A stretch of DNA of 64,000 nt from Blastocatellales bacterium (GCA_050187295.1 JBFWXQ010000016.1:25944-89943); one strand, 5' to 3'; positions 1-11,513 are shown, counted from the stretch's first letter. The notes: generated from the letters alone by a model not told the origin. Numbers and translations: made by a program.

Positions 1-10
1 CATAGCTGAT

Positions 11-1294
11 TTGTTATGGCAGCAGGGTCGTTACAAGGCCGCGATGGAAGAATGGGGAAATGCGCGTAAAGCATACGAAAGAGCGAAGGAAAACAAGGAA
101 GAAATTGCTACTACACCAGAGTTCTACTCTTATTACGGCGGCATAGTAGACGAAAATTTCGGCGAACTGGCGGAAGCGGAAAAAATATATAAGGAAGGTT
201 TGAATCTTGACCCTACCAATCCAGCCATTCTCTTAGGCCTGGTGGATCTTTATCTGGAAATGAGAGATGAGCAGGCCGATTCAAAAACCGAGTCTTACTG
301 GAAGGCTCGCGATGCTTACCAGAAAGCCCTGCGAAAATTGAAAAGCCAGCTGGAAGAGAAAAAGGAGGCGCGCACTTATCTGCAAATCGGGCAATTGCTG
401 ACGACGATGGAGGAATATCCAGCGGCCGAAAGCTATCTGCGAAGCGCGCTTCAGATGGATAAGGGCTCAGTGGAAATCCAGTCCAGCCTGGGCGTTCTTT
501 CAACCAAAAAAAGTGAGTTCAAAGAGGCGGTCAAATATTTTGAGAGCGCATTGCGATCAGACCCGGACAATCTTGCGCTCCGCAGCAATCTGGCTGAAGC
601 CTACCTGAAATCCGGCGTGACGGAAAAAGCCGAAATCGAATACCAAAACATACTGTCAGTCACTAAATCACACGTTGAATCACACATCGGATTGGGCGAG
701 GTTTATATTGCGTTTGCCGAAGCCGGTGATGGTGATATGTTTCCACAGGCCATTCACCATCTGACAACCGGGATCAATGTCGCCAAATCGGGCGAAGGTT
801 CAAAGAGGCTCAGAAAAAAAGAACTGGCGGCAATCTTGTATTCCCGCGGATACGCCAGAGTCAAACTTTTTGAACAGACAAAAATCGGACGCGATGAAAA
901 TTTACTGCGCGAAGCAATCCGGGATTTCAACGAATGTTGCGAGAACGATCCGGATTTTCACAAAGCCCGACGGGCAGTGGAAAAAATCGAAAAGAAGCTC
1001 GATCGTTTCTCGCCTCAAAGACTGACGGAAAAGATAGGGCCATTAATCATTTTCGGCCTCGCTCTGATGGTTTTCATCATCAGTCAAACACTCTTCCTGC
1101 TTTCATTTTTTGGCGTCACCAAACACACCATGGAAGTCGGTTATTATTCCCTGTTTTCTTTTGGCTCCTTGATTTTCATGGTGGCTGGTCTTTATCTGCC
1201 GCAAATCCTGAAATTGAAAGTGGCCGGAATCGAGTTGGAGAAAGGTTCTGTTGACCAGATTTCCACGACGGGAACCATTGGCATCAGGCGATAA
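11..1294 (+). CDS. TPR-repeat protein with two C-terminal transmembrane helices; ORF is open to the window edge, so likely 5'-truncated
   Basis: Repeated 34-aa TPR-like units (AxxYxxAL, LG.VY spacing). C-terminal hydrophobic segments [16 protein letters not shown] and [18 protein letters not shown] start at 11 with no in-frame stop upstream. Confidence 0.55.
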   Translation: MLWQQGRYKAAMEEWGNARKAYERAKENKEEIATTPEFYSYYGGIVDENFGELAEAEKIYKEGLNLDPTNPAILLGLVDLYLEMRDEQADSKTESYWKARDAYQKALRKLKSQLEEKKEARTYLQIGQLLTTMEEYPAAESYLRSALQMDKGSVEIQSSLGVLSTKKSEFKEAVKYFESALRSDPDNLALRSNLAEAYLKSGVTEKAEIEYQNILSVTKSHVESHIGLGEVYIAFAEAGDGDMFPQAIHHLTTGINVAKSGEGSKRLRKKELAAILYSRGYARVKLFEQTKIGRDENLLREAIRDFNECCENDPDFHKARRAVEKIEKKLDRFSPQRLTEKIGPLIIFGLALMVFIISQTLFLLSFFGVTKHTMEVGYYSLFSFGSLIFMVAGLYLPQILKLKVAGIELEKGSVDQISTTGTIGIRR

Positions 1295-1398
1295 GTTGTC
1301 ATTTCAGACAACTGACACTGGTCACTGTCGACGACCTGCGGCATACTCCCTTCACACAAAGTATTCAAAATCCAACTTGGACAGAGGGAACCAGTATT

Positions 1399-2676
1399 GT
1401 GAAGACTATCAGGTCTGCCGCCATCGTCTTGATCGTCCTTATCGCAGTTGCAGCCGTTGCGTCTGCTGGTGAATTAGCAGCCGGAACCGCTCGCGTTGAG
1501 ATTACTCCCCCCGTCGGTTTCCCCATGGGCGGATACGCCGCCCGCCAGGGACCGTCAACAGGCATACACGATCCCTTGTTTGCCACTGTGCTTTTACTGA
1601 AAACCGACGGCGTCAGTGTGGCGATTGTCAGTTGCGATTTACGCTCATTCCCTTCCGAACGAATCGTCAGTTTGGCGCGCGAACGCAAACTGGCTGATCA
1701 CGTATTGATCGCCGTCACTCACAATCACTCAGGCCCCATGACCTGGGAAGACAAAAGCTGGCCATCGCCCGAACGTTCATGGTTTGCCGAAACCGAAGAC
1801 AAAATCCTTGGCGCAATCGAAGAAGCTTCAAGGAAGCTCTTCCCTGCACGCATCGCCGCAGGCTTCGGAGAAATCTATCTCGGCCACAATCGCCGCAAAG
1901 TCGCCGCTGACGGAAAAGTAACGATGTTCTGGCGCAACGCCGAACGCGCGCCGACTTCGCCGATTGATCCAACCGTCGGCGTCATTCGCGTTGATGACGA
2001 AACCGGCAAACCCCGCGCAGTACTGGTCAATTACGCCTGTCACGCCGTAGTTCTGGGACCGGACAATCGGCAGATTTCGGCGGATTACCCCGGCTATTTG
2101 CGTCATCGCATTGAACAGGCATTGCCCGGCACGCTGTGTTTGTTTACGCAAGGCGGAGCGGGCGACATCAATCCTTACCACGACAAACAACCCGTCGCCG
2201 AAAACGGTTTTGGCGAAGCCGAAAAAATGGGCAACGCGTTGGCTGATGAAGCTTTGAAAATTGCCGCCAGGCTGAAACCTGCCGCCAACTCATCTGCAAA
2301 ACTCCAGGCCGTTGCCGAGATCAAAGAGTTCCGCGACCGTTGGGATGCGACGAAAACCGTCAAAGCAGGATTGACGACTTTGATGATCAACCAGAACATC
2401 GCCATCACCACCATGCCGGGCGAGCCGTTCATTGATTTGCAAATCGCCTTGCGTGACAAATCTGAAATCGCCCACACGTTTTTATTCGGCTACACCTACA
2501 GCGCGGGCGGCGAATGGGTCGGTTACGTGCCGACGCTGAAAGCCGCAACCGAAGGCGGTTACGGTGCCGGTTACAACACCCGCATCGAAGTCGGCGCGGG
2601 CGAAGCGATAATTGATCGCCACATCGTCAACCTGTTTACGATGCTGGGCAAACTGAAAAAATCGCCGAGCTTTTAG
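1399..2676 (+). CDS. Neutral/alkaline ceramidase-like secreted hydrolase (paralog 1)
   Basis: Signal peptide; motifs [21 protein letters not shown] and VTHNHSGP are typical of the neutral ceramidase N-terminal domain family. About 425 aa. Confidence 0.6.
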   Translation: MKTIRSAAIVLIVLIAVAAVASAGELAAGTARVEITPPVGFPMGGYAARQGPSTGIHDPLFATVLLLKTDGVSVAIVSCDLRSFPSERIVSLARERKLADHVLIAVTHNHSGPMTWEDKSWPSPERSWFAETEDKILGAIEEASRKLFPARIAAGFGEIYLGHNRRKVAADGKVTMFWRNAERAPTSPIDPTVGVIRVDDETGKPRAVLVNYACHAVVLGPDNRQISADYPGYLRHRIEQALPGTLCLFTQGGAGDINPYHDKQPVAENGFGEAEKMGNALADEALKIAARLKPAANSSAKLQAVAEIKEFRDRWDATKTVKAGLTTLMINQNIAITTMPGEPFIDLQIALRDKSEIAHTFLFGYTYSAGGEWVGYVPTLKAATEGGYGAGYNTRIEVGAGEAIIDRHIVNLFTMLGKLKKSPSF

Positions 2677-2738
2677 TTGGGTACGCAAGCATCATGCTTC
2701 CTGTAATAAAAGCGCGAAGTTTCCTTTGAGAAAAGATT

Positions 2739-4076
2739 ATGCAAAAGACGATTTCATTGTTGATTTTGTTTTGCTCTTTGGCGCTGACCGCGAAGGCGCA
2801 AAACCTTCGCGCCGGAGTTTCGCGCGTGGACATCACGCCACCGCTGGGCGTTGAGATGTGGGGATACTTCGACCGCTCAGGGCCGTCCAACGGCAAGCTT
2901 GACCCGCTGTTTGCGCGTGTGCTGGTGTTGGACGACGGGCGGCAATCGGTCGCCGTCATTACGCTCGATCTGGGGCGCAGCTTCGGCCCTCCGCAAATCG
3001 CGTGGTTGCGCGATAAAGCTCGCCGGCAGCATCAGGTTAAAGACGTGATGCTGATTGCTTCGCACACGCATTCGGGGCCGGTGATTGACGACAGTTACGA
3101 CGACGGCGTGCCCGAATGGGAACAACGCGCGCTGGAAAAAATCACCGACTCAATCGGCGAAGCCGTTTCCAAACTCAAACCCGCTCGCATCGGCGTGGGA
3201 ATGGGACAGGCGACGATTGGTCACAATCGTCGCGTCGTTCAATCAGACGGCTCGGTCAAAATGCTCTGGCGAAACAGCACTGGTCAACAATCCGGAATGA
3301 TTGATCCCACCGTGGGAGTCATTCGCGTTGACGATGCGCAAGGCAATCCGATCGCGATTCTGGTCAATTACGCCTGCCACCCCGTGATTTTTGGGCCGGA
3401 CAATTTGCGTTATTCGGCGGATTATCCAGGCGCGATGGCTCGGCTGGTTGAAGCCAGTTTCGACGGCAAACCAATTTGTTTCTTTCTGCAAGGCGCGCCG
3501 GGCGACATCAACCCGATGATGGATAAAACTCCGCTGGCGGAAAACGCCGACGACATCAAGATTGAGGTCGGCGAACAGCTTGGACGCGAAGTTGCTCGCG
3601 TCGCCAAAACAATCAAGACAGAAACTGCGACGACACCCGAAATCGCCTTCATCAGCGAAGAGCTTGGCTTTCGCAATCGCTGGGATTTGGATTCGATGCG
3701 GCAAATGCTGCAATTAGCTTTTCCGCCTGCGTTGGCCAAACGTTATCAACGATACATTGTGCCGGAAATCGTCACGCCTGTGACGACGCTGGTCATCAAC
3801 AAACAAATCGCGATTGTCGGTTTGGCGGGCGAACCATTCGTCGGATTGCAGTTGTTGTTGAAAGCTCGTTCGCCATTGCCAATGACGTTTATGACCGGTT
3901 ACACGAACGGTTATTACGGTTACTTCCCGACGATCAGCGCGGCGGTATCGGGCGGTTACGGAGCGAATACGCTGGTCACCCGAGTCGAAGTCGGCGCGGG
4001 CGAACGCATGGTTGATCGCGGGCTGATTCACATTTACCGCGTGCTGGGAAAATTGAAAGATAAGCCGGAACAGTAA
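2739..4076 (+). CDS. Neutral/alkaline ceramidase-like secreted hydrolase (paralog 2, tandem duplicate)
   Basis: Collinear with the upstream paralog: VDITPPLGVEMWGY, LDPLFARVLVL, SHTHSGP, NYACHPV, and a GYxxGYYGY C-terminal region. Signal peptide present. Confidence 0.6.
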   Translation: MQKTISLLILFCSLALTAKAQNLRAGVSRVDITPPLGVEMWGYFDRSGPSNGKLDPLFARVLVLDDGRQSVAVITLDLGRSFGPPQIAWLRDKARRQHQVKDVMLIASHTHSGPVIDDSYDDGVPEWEQRALEKITDSIGEAVSKLKPARIGVGMGQATIGHNRRVVQSDGSVKMLWRNSTGQQSGMIDPTVGVIRVDDAQGNPIAILVNYACHPVIFGPDNLRYSADYPGAMARLVEASFDGKPICFFLQGAPGDINPMMDKTPLAENADDIKIEVGEQLGREVARVAKTIKTETATTPEIAFISEELGFRNRWDLDSMRQMLQLAFPPALAKRYQRYIVPEIVTPVTTLVINKQIAIVGLAGEPFVGLQLLLKARSPLPMTFMTGYTNGYYGYFPTISAAVSGGYGANTLVTRVEVGAGERMVDRGLIHIYRVLGKLKDKPEQ

Positions 4077-4133
4077 TTAAGGTAGCGCAATCTGCGAGGT
4101 TGCGCCGGTCTGGCAAAGGGCGAAAGTGACAAC

Positions 4134-4164
4134 AGCGCAATCTCGGCAGATTGCGCTACTTTTT
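4134..4164 (+). terminator. Rho-independent terminator after ceramidase paralog 2
   Basis: Perfect 10-bp stem AGCGCAATCT / AGATTGCGCT with a CGGC loop, followed by ACTTTTT. A second weaker hairpin (GCGCAA...TTGCGC) lies at about 4085-4105. Confidence 0.6.
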
Positions 4165-4178
4165 GCGGAGGAACTGAG

Positions 4179-4997
4179 ATGAAACGATGGAGTTGTGTCG
4201 TGATCGCGTTGATGTTGTTTGCCTGTTTCGTACAAGCGCAAGACCGTGTTGAGCAATGGAAAGGCAAAACCGTCATGGTCTTCACGCCGCACCCGGACGA
4301 CGACGTGTTCGGTTGTGGAGGCACGCTGTCGCTGCTGGCGAAAAACGGCAACAAAATCATCATGGTGATTTATACCAACGACAATAAAGGCTCTTACGAT
4401 CTGGAAATGACCAGCGAGCGGCTCGCCCGCATTCGCAAGGCCGAGCAGGAAGCCGCGATGGAAGTCATAGGCATTCCCAAAGCCAACATCATCTGGATGG
4501 GTTATGACGACGGCGAACTGGAATACGCCGAACCGAAAGCGCTGTGCGGACAGGCGACGAAGCTGATTCGCCAACATCGCCCGGATGTGGTCTTCAGCGT
4601 AGACCCCGGCGAATGGTACGAACGATGGCACAAGAGCGATCATCGCATGGGCGGATTCAACACGGCGGATGCGATTCGCGCGGCTGAATTCCATCTTTAC
4701 TATCCCGAACATCTGCTGGTTGACGGGCTGAAACCGTACAGGGTTCCATTGATGATGTTTTATTACGCCGCCAGCGAAGCCAATTACTGGGTGGACATCA
4801 CAGACGTTGCCGACCAGAAAATCAACGCCATCACCAAACACGTCAGCCAGTTTGAACCTTCGATCAACAAATATCGTCCCGACTGGGATCCGAAAGATTT
4901 GGCGAAGCTGGTGGAATATCTGAAAGGCCGCGCGACGAAAAAAGACGGCAAGGTGGTTGAAGCGTTTCGCCGCGCCACGGGCTTCAATCCGCAATAG
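4179..4997 (+). CDS. PIG-L/LmbE family N-acetylglucosaminyl deacetylase, secreted
   Basis: HPDDD motif (VFTPHPDDDVFGCGGTL) characteristic of the PIG-L family; N-terminal signal peptide; SD GGAGGAA upstream of ATG 4179. Confidence 0.65.
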   Translation: MKRWSCVVIALMLFACFVQAQDRVEQWKGKTVMVFTPHPDDDVFGCGGTLSLLAKNGNKIIMVIYTNDNKGSYDLEMTSERLARIRKAEQEAAMEVIGIPKANIIWMGYDDGELEYAEPKALCGQATKLIRQHRPDVVFSVDPGEWYERWHKSDHRMGGFNTADAIRAAEFHLYYPEHLLVDGLKPYRVPLMMFYYAASEANYWVDITDVADQKINAITKHVSQFEPSINKYRPDWDPKDLAKLVEYLKGRATKKDGKVVEAFRRATGFNPQ

Positions 4998-5014
4998 AAC
5001 TGTGGTTCGCGATG

Positions 5015-5605
5015 TCAGACGAATTCCACGTCGTCATACACTTCACGCAAGGGCAACGTACAACCAATGGAAGGCAGTTTGATAATGGCGGTCAAATCGC
5101 CCGCGTCATTTCGCAGCCATTTGCCGTCAGGCTGGCGCAGATATTGGGTAACGTGCGGAGCGTCCTGCGAGATGATCAGATACTCCATCACCGATGGAAG
5201 CGCCTGGTAAGCTTCGCGTTTTTCCTGGCGATCAAGATGGGCCGTGCCAGGCGACAAAACCTCTACTACCAAAATCGGATTAGTCAGGACATCAAAGCCT
5301 TCCATCTTTTCAAAGACAGGTTTGCCGCAAACGACACTGACATCTGGATAACGATAAGGAGGCAAATCAGGCGTTTTGATCTGCATTTCTCCGGTGTAAG
5401 TGCGACAAGCTTTCTTCTCAAGCTGCTGGCTCAACCTGAAATGCACATTACTACAGATGGTTGCATGCTGGCGGCTGCCGCCGCTCATGCAAAGCACATA
5501 ACCATTCCAATATTCATAACGAGCCTGACCAGCCCGCTCAAGAGCGAAGTATTCCTCCAAGCGGTAATGCGGGCGCGGCAAATCTTTCAGACTGGCAACC
5601 ATCAT
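5015..5605 (-). CDS. Uma2 family (DUF820, PD-(D/E)xK) putative endonuclease
   Basis: Typical Uma2 layout: YEYWNG, VVEVLSP motif, about 196 aa. Confidence 0.6.
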   Translation of the reverse strand: MMVASLKDLPRPHYRLEEYFALERAGQARYEYWNGYVLCMSGGSRQHATICSNVHFRLSQQLEKKACRTYTGEMQIKTPDLPPYRYPDVSVVCGKPVFEKMEGFDVLTNPILVVEVLSPGTAHLDRQEKREAYQALPSVMEYLIISQDAPHVTQYLRQPDGKWLRNDAGDLTAIIKLPSIGCTLPLREVYDDVEFV

Positions 5606-5681
5606 TCACCTCCTGCGTTGAAAAGGAGTGCGATCAAATCCAGAAAAAGTCTATCACACGCTCAATCCGTGCTGACAGACT

Positions 5682-7388
5682 CTATTGCCCGGACGCGCTG
5701 AAAGTCGCTGACAATTCTTTCGCGCGCTTCATTTCCGGCAAATCGGCGTCGGCTTTGGCCCATGCTTTGACGAAGCGGGCGTAGTTTTCTCGCGCTTCGG
5801 CGTCTTTGCCCTGAGCCTGCTGCGATTGCATCAAACCGAAATACGCTCTTCCGCTGCCCGGATCGCGTTCCAGAGCGGCGCGGAAAAACTCTTCAGCTTC
5901 TTTCCAACGTTTGAGTTCAAGGCAGACTTTCCCGGCGACTTCTTCCATCGGCACAGGATAAAGCGGCGGTTCGGAATAACCGAGCTTGATTTCTTCTTCA
6001 ATGGCTTCTTTCAGTTTGGCGATGGCTTCGTCGGCTTTGCCCGCGCGTGCGAGCAGACGAGCCTGCAATTCCAGCGGCGCGACATTCAGCGCGCGAAGCT
6101 GCTGGCGTTGGCGACCGGATTGAGGCGTGTCTTTGGCTTTGCCGAATTTGTCTTTCAGCCAGGCGATTTCGCGTTCCAGAGTTTCCAATTGCGAACGGGC
6201 GGCGGCCAGATCGTTCTTCCCGATCATCGCCACTGCTTGAGCGTAATAGCGCCAGGCTTTGAAAACTTCAAAGACGCTTTCGCCCGGCAGAGATTTGCCG
6301 TCCAGAATCTGATCGAACTTTTCAAACCTGACCAACGCGCGCAGCATTGAAATGCGGCCTTCAAGCGCGGTGCGGGACTTCTCTTCTCCAGGTTTGTTTG
6401 TGGCGTCCAGCAATTCCTGACTGGCGCGAACGGCATCGCGGTAACGCCCCTGATAACCGTAAACCATCGCCAGAAAATGAACATTGTGGCCGTAAGGTCC
6501 TGCGGCGTGATCGGTCGTTTCGTTGTTGTCGCGAATGTAAGCGCGGTCAACTTCGGCTGAACCTTCGAAAGCTTTGGCCGCGTCAGCCCAACGATCAACG
6601 TGAACGTAAGTGTGGCCGGGCATGTGAACCGCGTGACCGACTTTTGGCGCTAGCGTGCCGTAAACATCCGCCGACGGAACGCCGTCAATTGCCCGCTTGC
6701 CTGATTCGGTGGCGTGGATCATGTAATGATGCGCCGCCAGATGATTCGGCGATTTCGCCAGCACCAGTTGCAGCAAAGCGATGGCTTCGACCGATCCTGG
6801 TTTCGGCGTTCCATCGCGTTCGTAACCGGCCATCAAAGCCAGAGCCAGAAACAATTTGGCGTCCAGATCGTCAGGGAAAAATGCTACGACTTTGCGCATG
6901 GCCTGTTGGTACTTGTCGCTGGCGCCAAGAAAGCCATTGTTCTGCACCGTTGTCCGTTCCCCGCCATAACGAGCTTCGACAGCGGCGATATAAAGTTTCT
7001 CGCGCTCGCTGACTTTCTCAGCCAGTTCCTTTGCGCGTTTGATGGCTGCGTCGCGCCGTTCTTCATTCACCGCAGCCATGGCAATTCCCCACTGGGCCAT
7101 GGCGCAATCCGGGTCTAGTTGCGCGGCTCGCTCAAAAGATTTGTCCGCTTCGTAAAACCAGAACGAATGAAGCAAGGCCAGTCCCTGATCGAAGAAAGCC
7201 TGCGCTTCGGTGGATTTGGTCGTCACCTGCATGTGGACTTTGCCGTAACCGTCCATCAGTTTGGCTTGAGCTGTTGCAGCTTTGGTTTTGACCGGCAGAT
7301 GACAAGCGGCGTTGTTGTCCTGTGCCTGAACCACAGACAAGGCTATAAATGAAAAACAACAGGCAATAACAAACGAACGTGATTTCAT
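5682..7388 (-). CDS. Secreted TPR-repeat protein
   Basis: Many TPR-like repeats. Probable true start is ATG at 7388 (MKSRSFVIACCF... signal peptide) with AGGAG 9 nt upstream; the ORF track extends to 7433. Confidence 0.6.
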   Translation of the reverse strand: MKSRSFVIACCFSFIALSVVQAQDNNAACHLPVKTKAATAQAKLMDGYGKVHMQVTTKSTEAQAFFDQGLALLHSFWFYEADKSFERAAQLDPDCAMAQWGIAMAAVNEERRDAAIKRAKELAEKVSEREKLYIAAVEARYGGERTTVQNNGFLGASDKYQQAMRKVVAFFPDDLDAKLFLALALMAGYERDGTPKPGSVEAIALLQLVLAKSPNHLAAHHYMIHATESGKRAIDGVPSADVYGTLAPKVGHAVHMPGHTYVHVDRWADAAKAFEGSAEVDRAYIRDNNETTDHAAGPYGHNVHFLAMVYGYQGRYRDAVRASQELLDATNKPGEEKSRTALEGRISMLRALVRFEKFDQILDGKSLPGESVFEVFKAWRYYAQAVAMIGKNDLAAARSQLETLEREIAWLKDKFGKAKDTPQSGRQRQQLRALNVAPLELQARLLARAGKADEAIAKLKEAIEEEIKLGYSEPPLYPVPMEEVAGKVCLELKRWKEAEEFFRAALERDPGSGRAYFGLMQSQQAQGKDAEARENYARFVKAWAKADADLPEMKRAKELSATFSASGQ

Positions 7389-7413
7389 AACCGGTTTCTC
7401 CTGTATGGTTGAA

Positions 7414-9039
7414 TTACTGCTGCGGAATTTCATCGTGAACGAAGAGAATCAATTCGACACCTGGACGCAGTTTGTATGAGCGCGAACCGATGCGCCATCC
7501 GGGAGCGCCTTCCAGATAAGCTTGCTGATTGACGTTGGCGATGACAATTGGTTGAGTGATGTTCAATGATTCGCCCAGCGGTTTTGGCCAATCACCAATG
7601 TAAGCCGTTCGATCATAATCGCGTAAATACCAGGGCAACGGCCAGTAATCGGGCGAAGCGACGTAAATCCCAGTCTTTTCCTTCGTTGGCAATCCGGCGG
7701 CTTCGCTCTTTATGTCCGCGACCAAACCCAGAATTTCACGATCAGTTTGGGCGTATACATACCCGTACAAACCATCAACATAAGGTTTGAATTCGAGCTT
7801 TTTGCCGAATTCTGCGAAGTACCCGGCTTCGTTGCCATTGTCGTCGTACTTTTCAAAGTTCACTGTCCAGGCCATTCGCCCGCAAGCGATCACCGCCACC
7901 AAAACCAGCGTCAGCCACAGGATTCGCAAGGAAACCGCTGGCAGGAGATGGTAAATCTGCTCTGCCGCATAACCGCAAACCAGCGCCATTGGAATGACAA
8001 AGCTGATCATCAGCCAGGGAGTTTTATAACCGATGATCGAATAGGCCAGCGTCATTCCAAAAGTAAACGCCCCCATAAAAAGCCAGAACCTCGATCCTCG
8101 CCAGATGATTATCAAACCAGCCACGAGCGAGCCAATTAGTAATGGGAGTTCCAGTTTGATCAAGATTCCAAAGTAATACCAGAAAGTTTTGACGTGATCT
8201 TTGCTGCTGCGCTCTTCCGTCCAGTGAGCGATTGATTTGAAGAAATCTGTCACACCTTGCCAATGGCTGAAGAGCGAGGAGTAGAGAAACACGTAAATGA
8301 AAACCAGTATGATGAGCGCCGCAAGCAGATGATCCAGCGAAGGCAGGACGGCAATGGTATCTCGTTTCAGTTCTCTCACTAGCGCCGCCGCAGTTAATTG
8401 ATGCTGTCTTATCAGCGTTCTTGCTGTATCCACAATACCGGCGCAAACAATGGCAAATATCAAAACTGCGAGATTGATGATTGCCGTTTCCTTGGTCGTC
8501 AAAAGCAATCCGACTGAAACCGACGCCAACGCCAGCCAGGTGAATTTCCTGCTTTCAGCATAAAGCCACAGGCCAACCATGATGCCAAGCGTCGCGCATC
8601 CGAAAAGTATTTCGTGAATGAAGTCGCGCGAAAAATAGACCAGACAAGGAGACAAGCCCAGACCAAACGCCGCCACCGGAGTCCCAATCACCCCAAGATG
8701 CCTTCTCCAATACCAGATCAGGGCGATGGTAATCAAACCGAAAATTACCGGCGTCAATCGCAAGGCAAAATCGTTTTCGCCAAATATCCGCACAGCAATC
8801 AATGCGAAGTAATACAGCGAAGGGCCGTGATAATTGGTCGGGTCGTATTTATATTGGCCTGTATGCGAAAGGTTGAGCAGAAAAAAGGAATTTACGCCTT
8901 CGTCGTGATGAAAAGGTTTGATGCCAATTTGATGAAACCTGAACCAGGCGGCAACAATGACGGCAACAACGAATATTGATGCGCAAACGATTTTTCCCGC
9001 GCGAGAGTCAGGTGATTCTATCGCTTTGTCCTCTGACAT
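7414..9039 (-). CDS. Polytopic membrane protein, GT-C (PMT/ArnT/GT39-like) glycosyltransferase-like
   Basis: About 12 predicted TM helices; HHDEGVN resembles the DE motif in the first loop of PMT/ArnT-type transferases; large C-terminal soluble domain. Confidence 0.4.
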   Translation of the reverse strand: MSEDKAIESPDSRAGKIVCASIFVVAVIVAAWFRFHQIGIKPFHHDEGVNSFFLLNLSHTGQYKYDPTNYHGPSLYYFALIAVRIFGENDFALRLTPVIFGLITIALIWYWRRHLGVIGTPVAAFGLGLSPCLVYFSRDFIHEILFGCATLGIMVGLWLYAESRKFTWLALASVSVGLLLTTKETAIINLAVLIFAIVCAGIVDTARTLIRQHQLTAAALVRELKRDTIAVLPSLDHLLAALIILVFIYVFLYSSLFSHWQGVTDFFKSIAHWTEERSSKDHVKTFWYYFGILIKLELPLLIGSLVAGLIIIWRGSRFWLFMGAFTFGMTLAYSIIGYKTPWLMISFVIPMALVCGYAAEQIYHLLPAVSLRILWLTLVLVAVIACGRMAWTVNFEKYDDNGNEAGYFAEFGKKLEFKPYVDGLYGYVYAQTDREILGLVADIKSEAAGLPTKEKTGIYVASPDYWPLPWYLRDYDRTAYIGDWPKPLGESLNITQPIVIANVNQQAYLEGAPGWRIGSRSYKLRPGVELILFVHDEIPQQ

Positions 9040-9206
9040 AAATTCAAAAGTATTGGGAGAGTAGAAGCGTTCTGTTCGAAGCTCAACCTGTGAGCCGACA
9101 AGCAGTCACAGCATTGAATTCCAAATTGCAATCTACACACGCAAAAAGAGGCAGATGATCGAAGACCACCTGCCTCTCAAGTTTTGCGCCTTAGCGCGTG
9201 TTACGT

Positions 9207-11513
9207 TTACCGACGTCTGCGACGAGTTCCTCTTTCGGGAGTAACGTCGCCTACCGTGGATGGAGCCGGGCCTTCGGGATAAACACCGTTGGACGGAACC
9301 AGCCAGATGCGGACTTGCGAGCCGTCTGCGGAGACGCCCAAGTCGCGGACATCAATACGGTTGACGTCAATCGCAGTACCGAGTTTGCCATCGGCCAACC
9401 GGTCGCGAACGTTCTTCGCGCGGTCGAGACTCAAGCTTGCAGGTCTTTCCCTGTCAGCACGGTAGCCGTCAATAACGACCTTCGCGCCAGGGTCAGCCTG
9501 GAGAGCAGGAATGACCTTGCTCTGCAGAATATCCTTACAAGCGTTGTCAACTCGCGAATTGTTACGTCTGAACGTGACGCAATTGTCAATCACACTGGCA
9601 GGCGGTTTGGTCGGTTCGACGACAGGCGGAACCTTAATACTGGTACGCGCCGAGCCACTGGCCGAGCAATTACCAACATCCGAAACTGCCTTGACTGTGA
9701 CTTCGATTGTCGTGCCACCAGTGACACCAGTGGTGTCGAGTGTGGCATTCAGACCGCTGCCGCTGATGGTTCCAGCCGAAGCAGTCCATTCGTAAGTCAC
9801 GTTGCCATAATTGCGACCACCAGTGACGCCATTGGTCGAGAAGTTGACTCTCTCACCGGCGTCAACCGAAGTGGAGCTGACATTTACGTCGAGGTTCGGC
9901 CCGAAGCAAACTGTGAGGGGCGGGCAATTCGTGACTTTGATTGTCTTCGAATCAAAAGCGATACATCCGCAGCCGTCATCTACCTGAACCGTGATTGTGT
10001 AATCGCCCGGAGCCAGACCGGTAGTGTCAAAGACAGTGTTTGCGCCATCGCCAACAATGCGTCCGCCGGTCGTGCTCCACGAATAAACCAAAGCGTCGCC
10101 ATCCGGATCGGAAGCCGTCGCGCGCAGATCAACCTTGTCTCCCGCGCAAACCGTGCTGGCCGATTCGCGAAGCAAATCGTCCGATCCTTTCGCGACATTG
10201 CCAAGCGCCAGTGCCACTGTCGGCGGCTGGTTCGGGAGTAGAGGTTCTTCGCGGTCGTTGACATGGCCGATTGAAACACCGGCAATGAAACCGTTCGGGC
10301 TGAACCGGCTGTCAAGCTCTGAGAACCAGTTCAGATGGCGTTGATAGGCCGCGCTGATCGAAAGCCAACGAGTTGGGAAGACGCGAACGCCACCAACCAG
10401 ATCAACAGGGCTGTTGGTCAACAGGGAGGGTGTGCGTGATCCGACATAGTGTGTTGAGCTGACTTCGGCGATGAGTTGCAGGTATTGACTCAACGGAAAA
10501 TCAACAGCAATACCTGAACGCAACTCATTCGGGACATCCAGCGAACGTTCGCTGCGTCCGAAGCCCTGAATCACTCCACAGCCGGCACAAAGCGGACCAA
10601 GGTTCATATTTTCAGCACGCGGGTCGCCTTTTTTGATGAAGCCGATATTCGTGCTGAGATTGATATATTTATGCAACCGACCATCGAAAGCGGCAATCAC
10701 GCCGTAATCATAATTCCCTGTGCCTCGTCCACGTTCCAAACCTGTGGACAATTCGCGCGTGGTCGGAATCTTAACCAATGGAATCAAGGCGAAGCCAAAC
10801 GGATTCTTGGGTCCAGTGAAACGAATCTTCGCGCCTACCCAGACATCGCCCGTGTGATGATCTGAAAAGCGTGCCAGGAAAGGCGCATTAGGAAGGTAAT
10901 TCGGATTCACATTTGGAGCCAACGCAGGAAGGATGCCTCCGACCGGTGCTCCCAATCCGACATAAACAGCAGTGTCATTGCCGCTCGGACGCGCCACAAA
11001 AGGACCTGAAGCAAAACCGCCAAGCCCTCCTACATTCGGCGCACGGCAGGGCCCCGGGAATCCACCGTTGCCACAGGGATCACCAATTGTGAATGAAGCA
11101 GCGTTCTGCCCAGGAACAATCACCAGACGACCGACAGGCAATGACTTGGTCCTGACATCCGGGAGGTAAAAACCGCTGAGCAATGCTGGACTTCCAACCG
11201 TGACCACACGCTGAGCTTCGAAATTAGCGAAAATTTCCAGATGATCACTAAAACCAATCTGGAAGTTAACCGGATATACCTGCCAGGTTACATCTGCAGG
11301 GTCGCGATGAAAATGATTGGCGAAAAAACCAAAATTGAATTCACCTTTGCGCAAAGTCTGCGCGTCATAGACTGTAAAAAGTCCGGTGCCGCCATTGACC
11401 GTTGGGGCTAGGTTGCGAGGATCATCTGTTGAGCGTGGCGTCTGAGCTTGTGCCGCGACTCCGATGAACAAGAGCGCGAGCGTCAGACCGAGCAATCTTC
11501 TCGCAAAACTCAT
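9207..11513 (-). CDS. Outer-membrane/surface protein: N-terminal beta-rich domain, two PKD-like Ig domains, and an OmpA-like C-terminal peptidoglycan-binding domain
   Basis: Signal peptide [24 protein letters not shown]; strong SD GGAGGAG 6 nt upstream of ATG 11513. PKD-like segments [10 protein letters not shown]...[14 protein letters not shown] and VTYEWTAS...[15 protein letters not shown]-terminal [25 protein letters not shown] resembles an OmpA-family motif. Confidence 0.5.
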   Translation of the reverse strand: MSFARRLLGLTLALLFIGVAAQAQTPRSTDDPRNLAPTVNGGTGLFTVYDAQTLRKGEFNFGFFANHFHRDPADVTWQVYPVNFQIGFSDHLEIFANFEAQRVVTVGSPALLSGFYLPDVRTKSLPVGRLVIVPGQNAASFTIGDPCGNGGFPGPCRAPNVGGLGGFASGPFVARPSGNDTAVYVGLGAPVGGILPALAPNVNPNYLPNAPFLARFSDHHTGDVWVGAKIRFTGPKNPFGFALIPLVKIPTTRELSTGLERGRGTGNYDYGVIAAFDGRLHKYINLSTNIGFIKKGDPRAENMNLGPLCAGCGVIQGFGRSERSLDVPNELRSGIAVDFPLSQYLQLIAEVSSTHYVGSRTPSLLTNSPVDLVGGVRVFPTRWLSISAAYQRHLNWFSELDSRFSPNGFIAGVSIGHVNDREEPLLPNQPPTVALALGNVAKGSDDLLRESASTVCAGDKVDLRATASDPDGDALVYSWSTTGGRIVGDGANTVFDTTGLAPGDYTITVQVDDGCGCIAFDSKTIKVTNCPPLTVCFGPNLDVNVSSTSVDAGERVNFSTNGVTGGRNYGNVTYEWTASAGTISGSGLNATLDTTGVTGGTTIEVTVKAVSDVGNCSASGSARTSIKVPPVVEPTKPPASVIDNCVTFRRNNSRVDNACKDILQSKVIPALQADPGAKVVIDGYRADRERPASLSLDRAKNVRDRLADGKLGTAIDVNRIDVRDLGVSADGSQVRIWLVPSNGVYPEGPAPSTVGDVTPERGTRRRRR

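Noticed and set aside
213-503. Antisense and overlapping small ORFs throughout the window (for example 213-503, 1828-2190, 3243-3713, 4077-4994, 18223-19233, 22199-23344, 38048-38695, 44511-45578)
   Set aside because: They lie entirely inside, and antisense to or out of frame with, long ORFs that have clear family signatures. They are low-complexity and Arg/Ala-rich, typical of spurious frames in GC-rich DNA.
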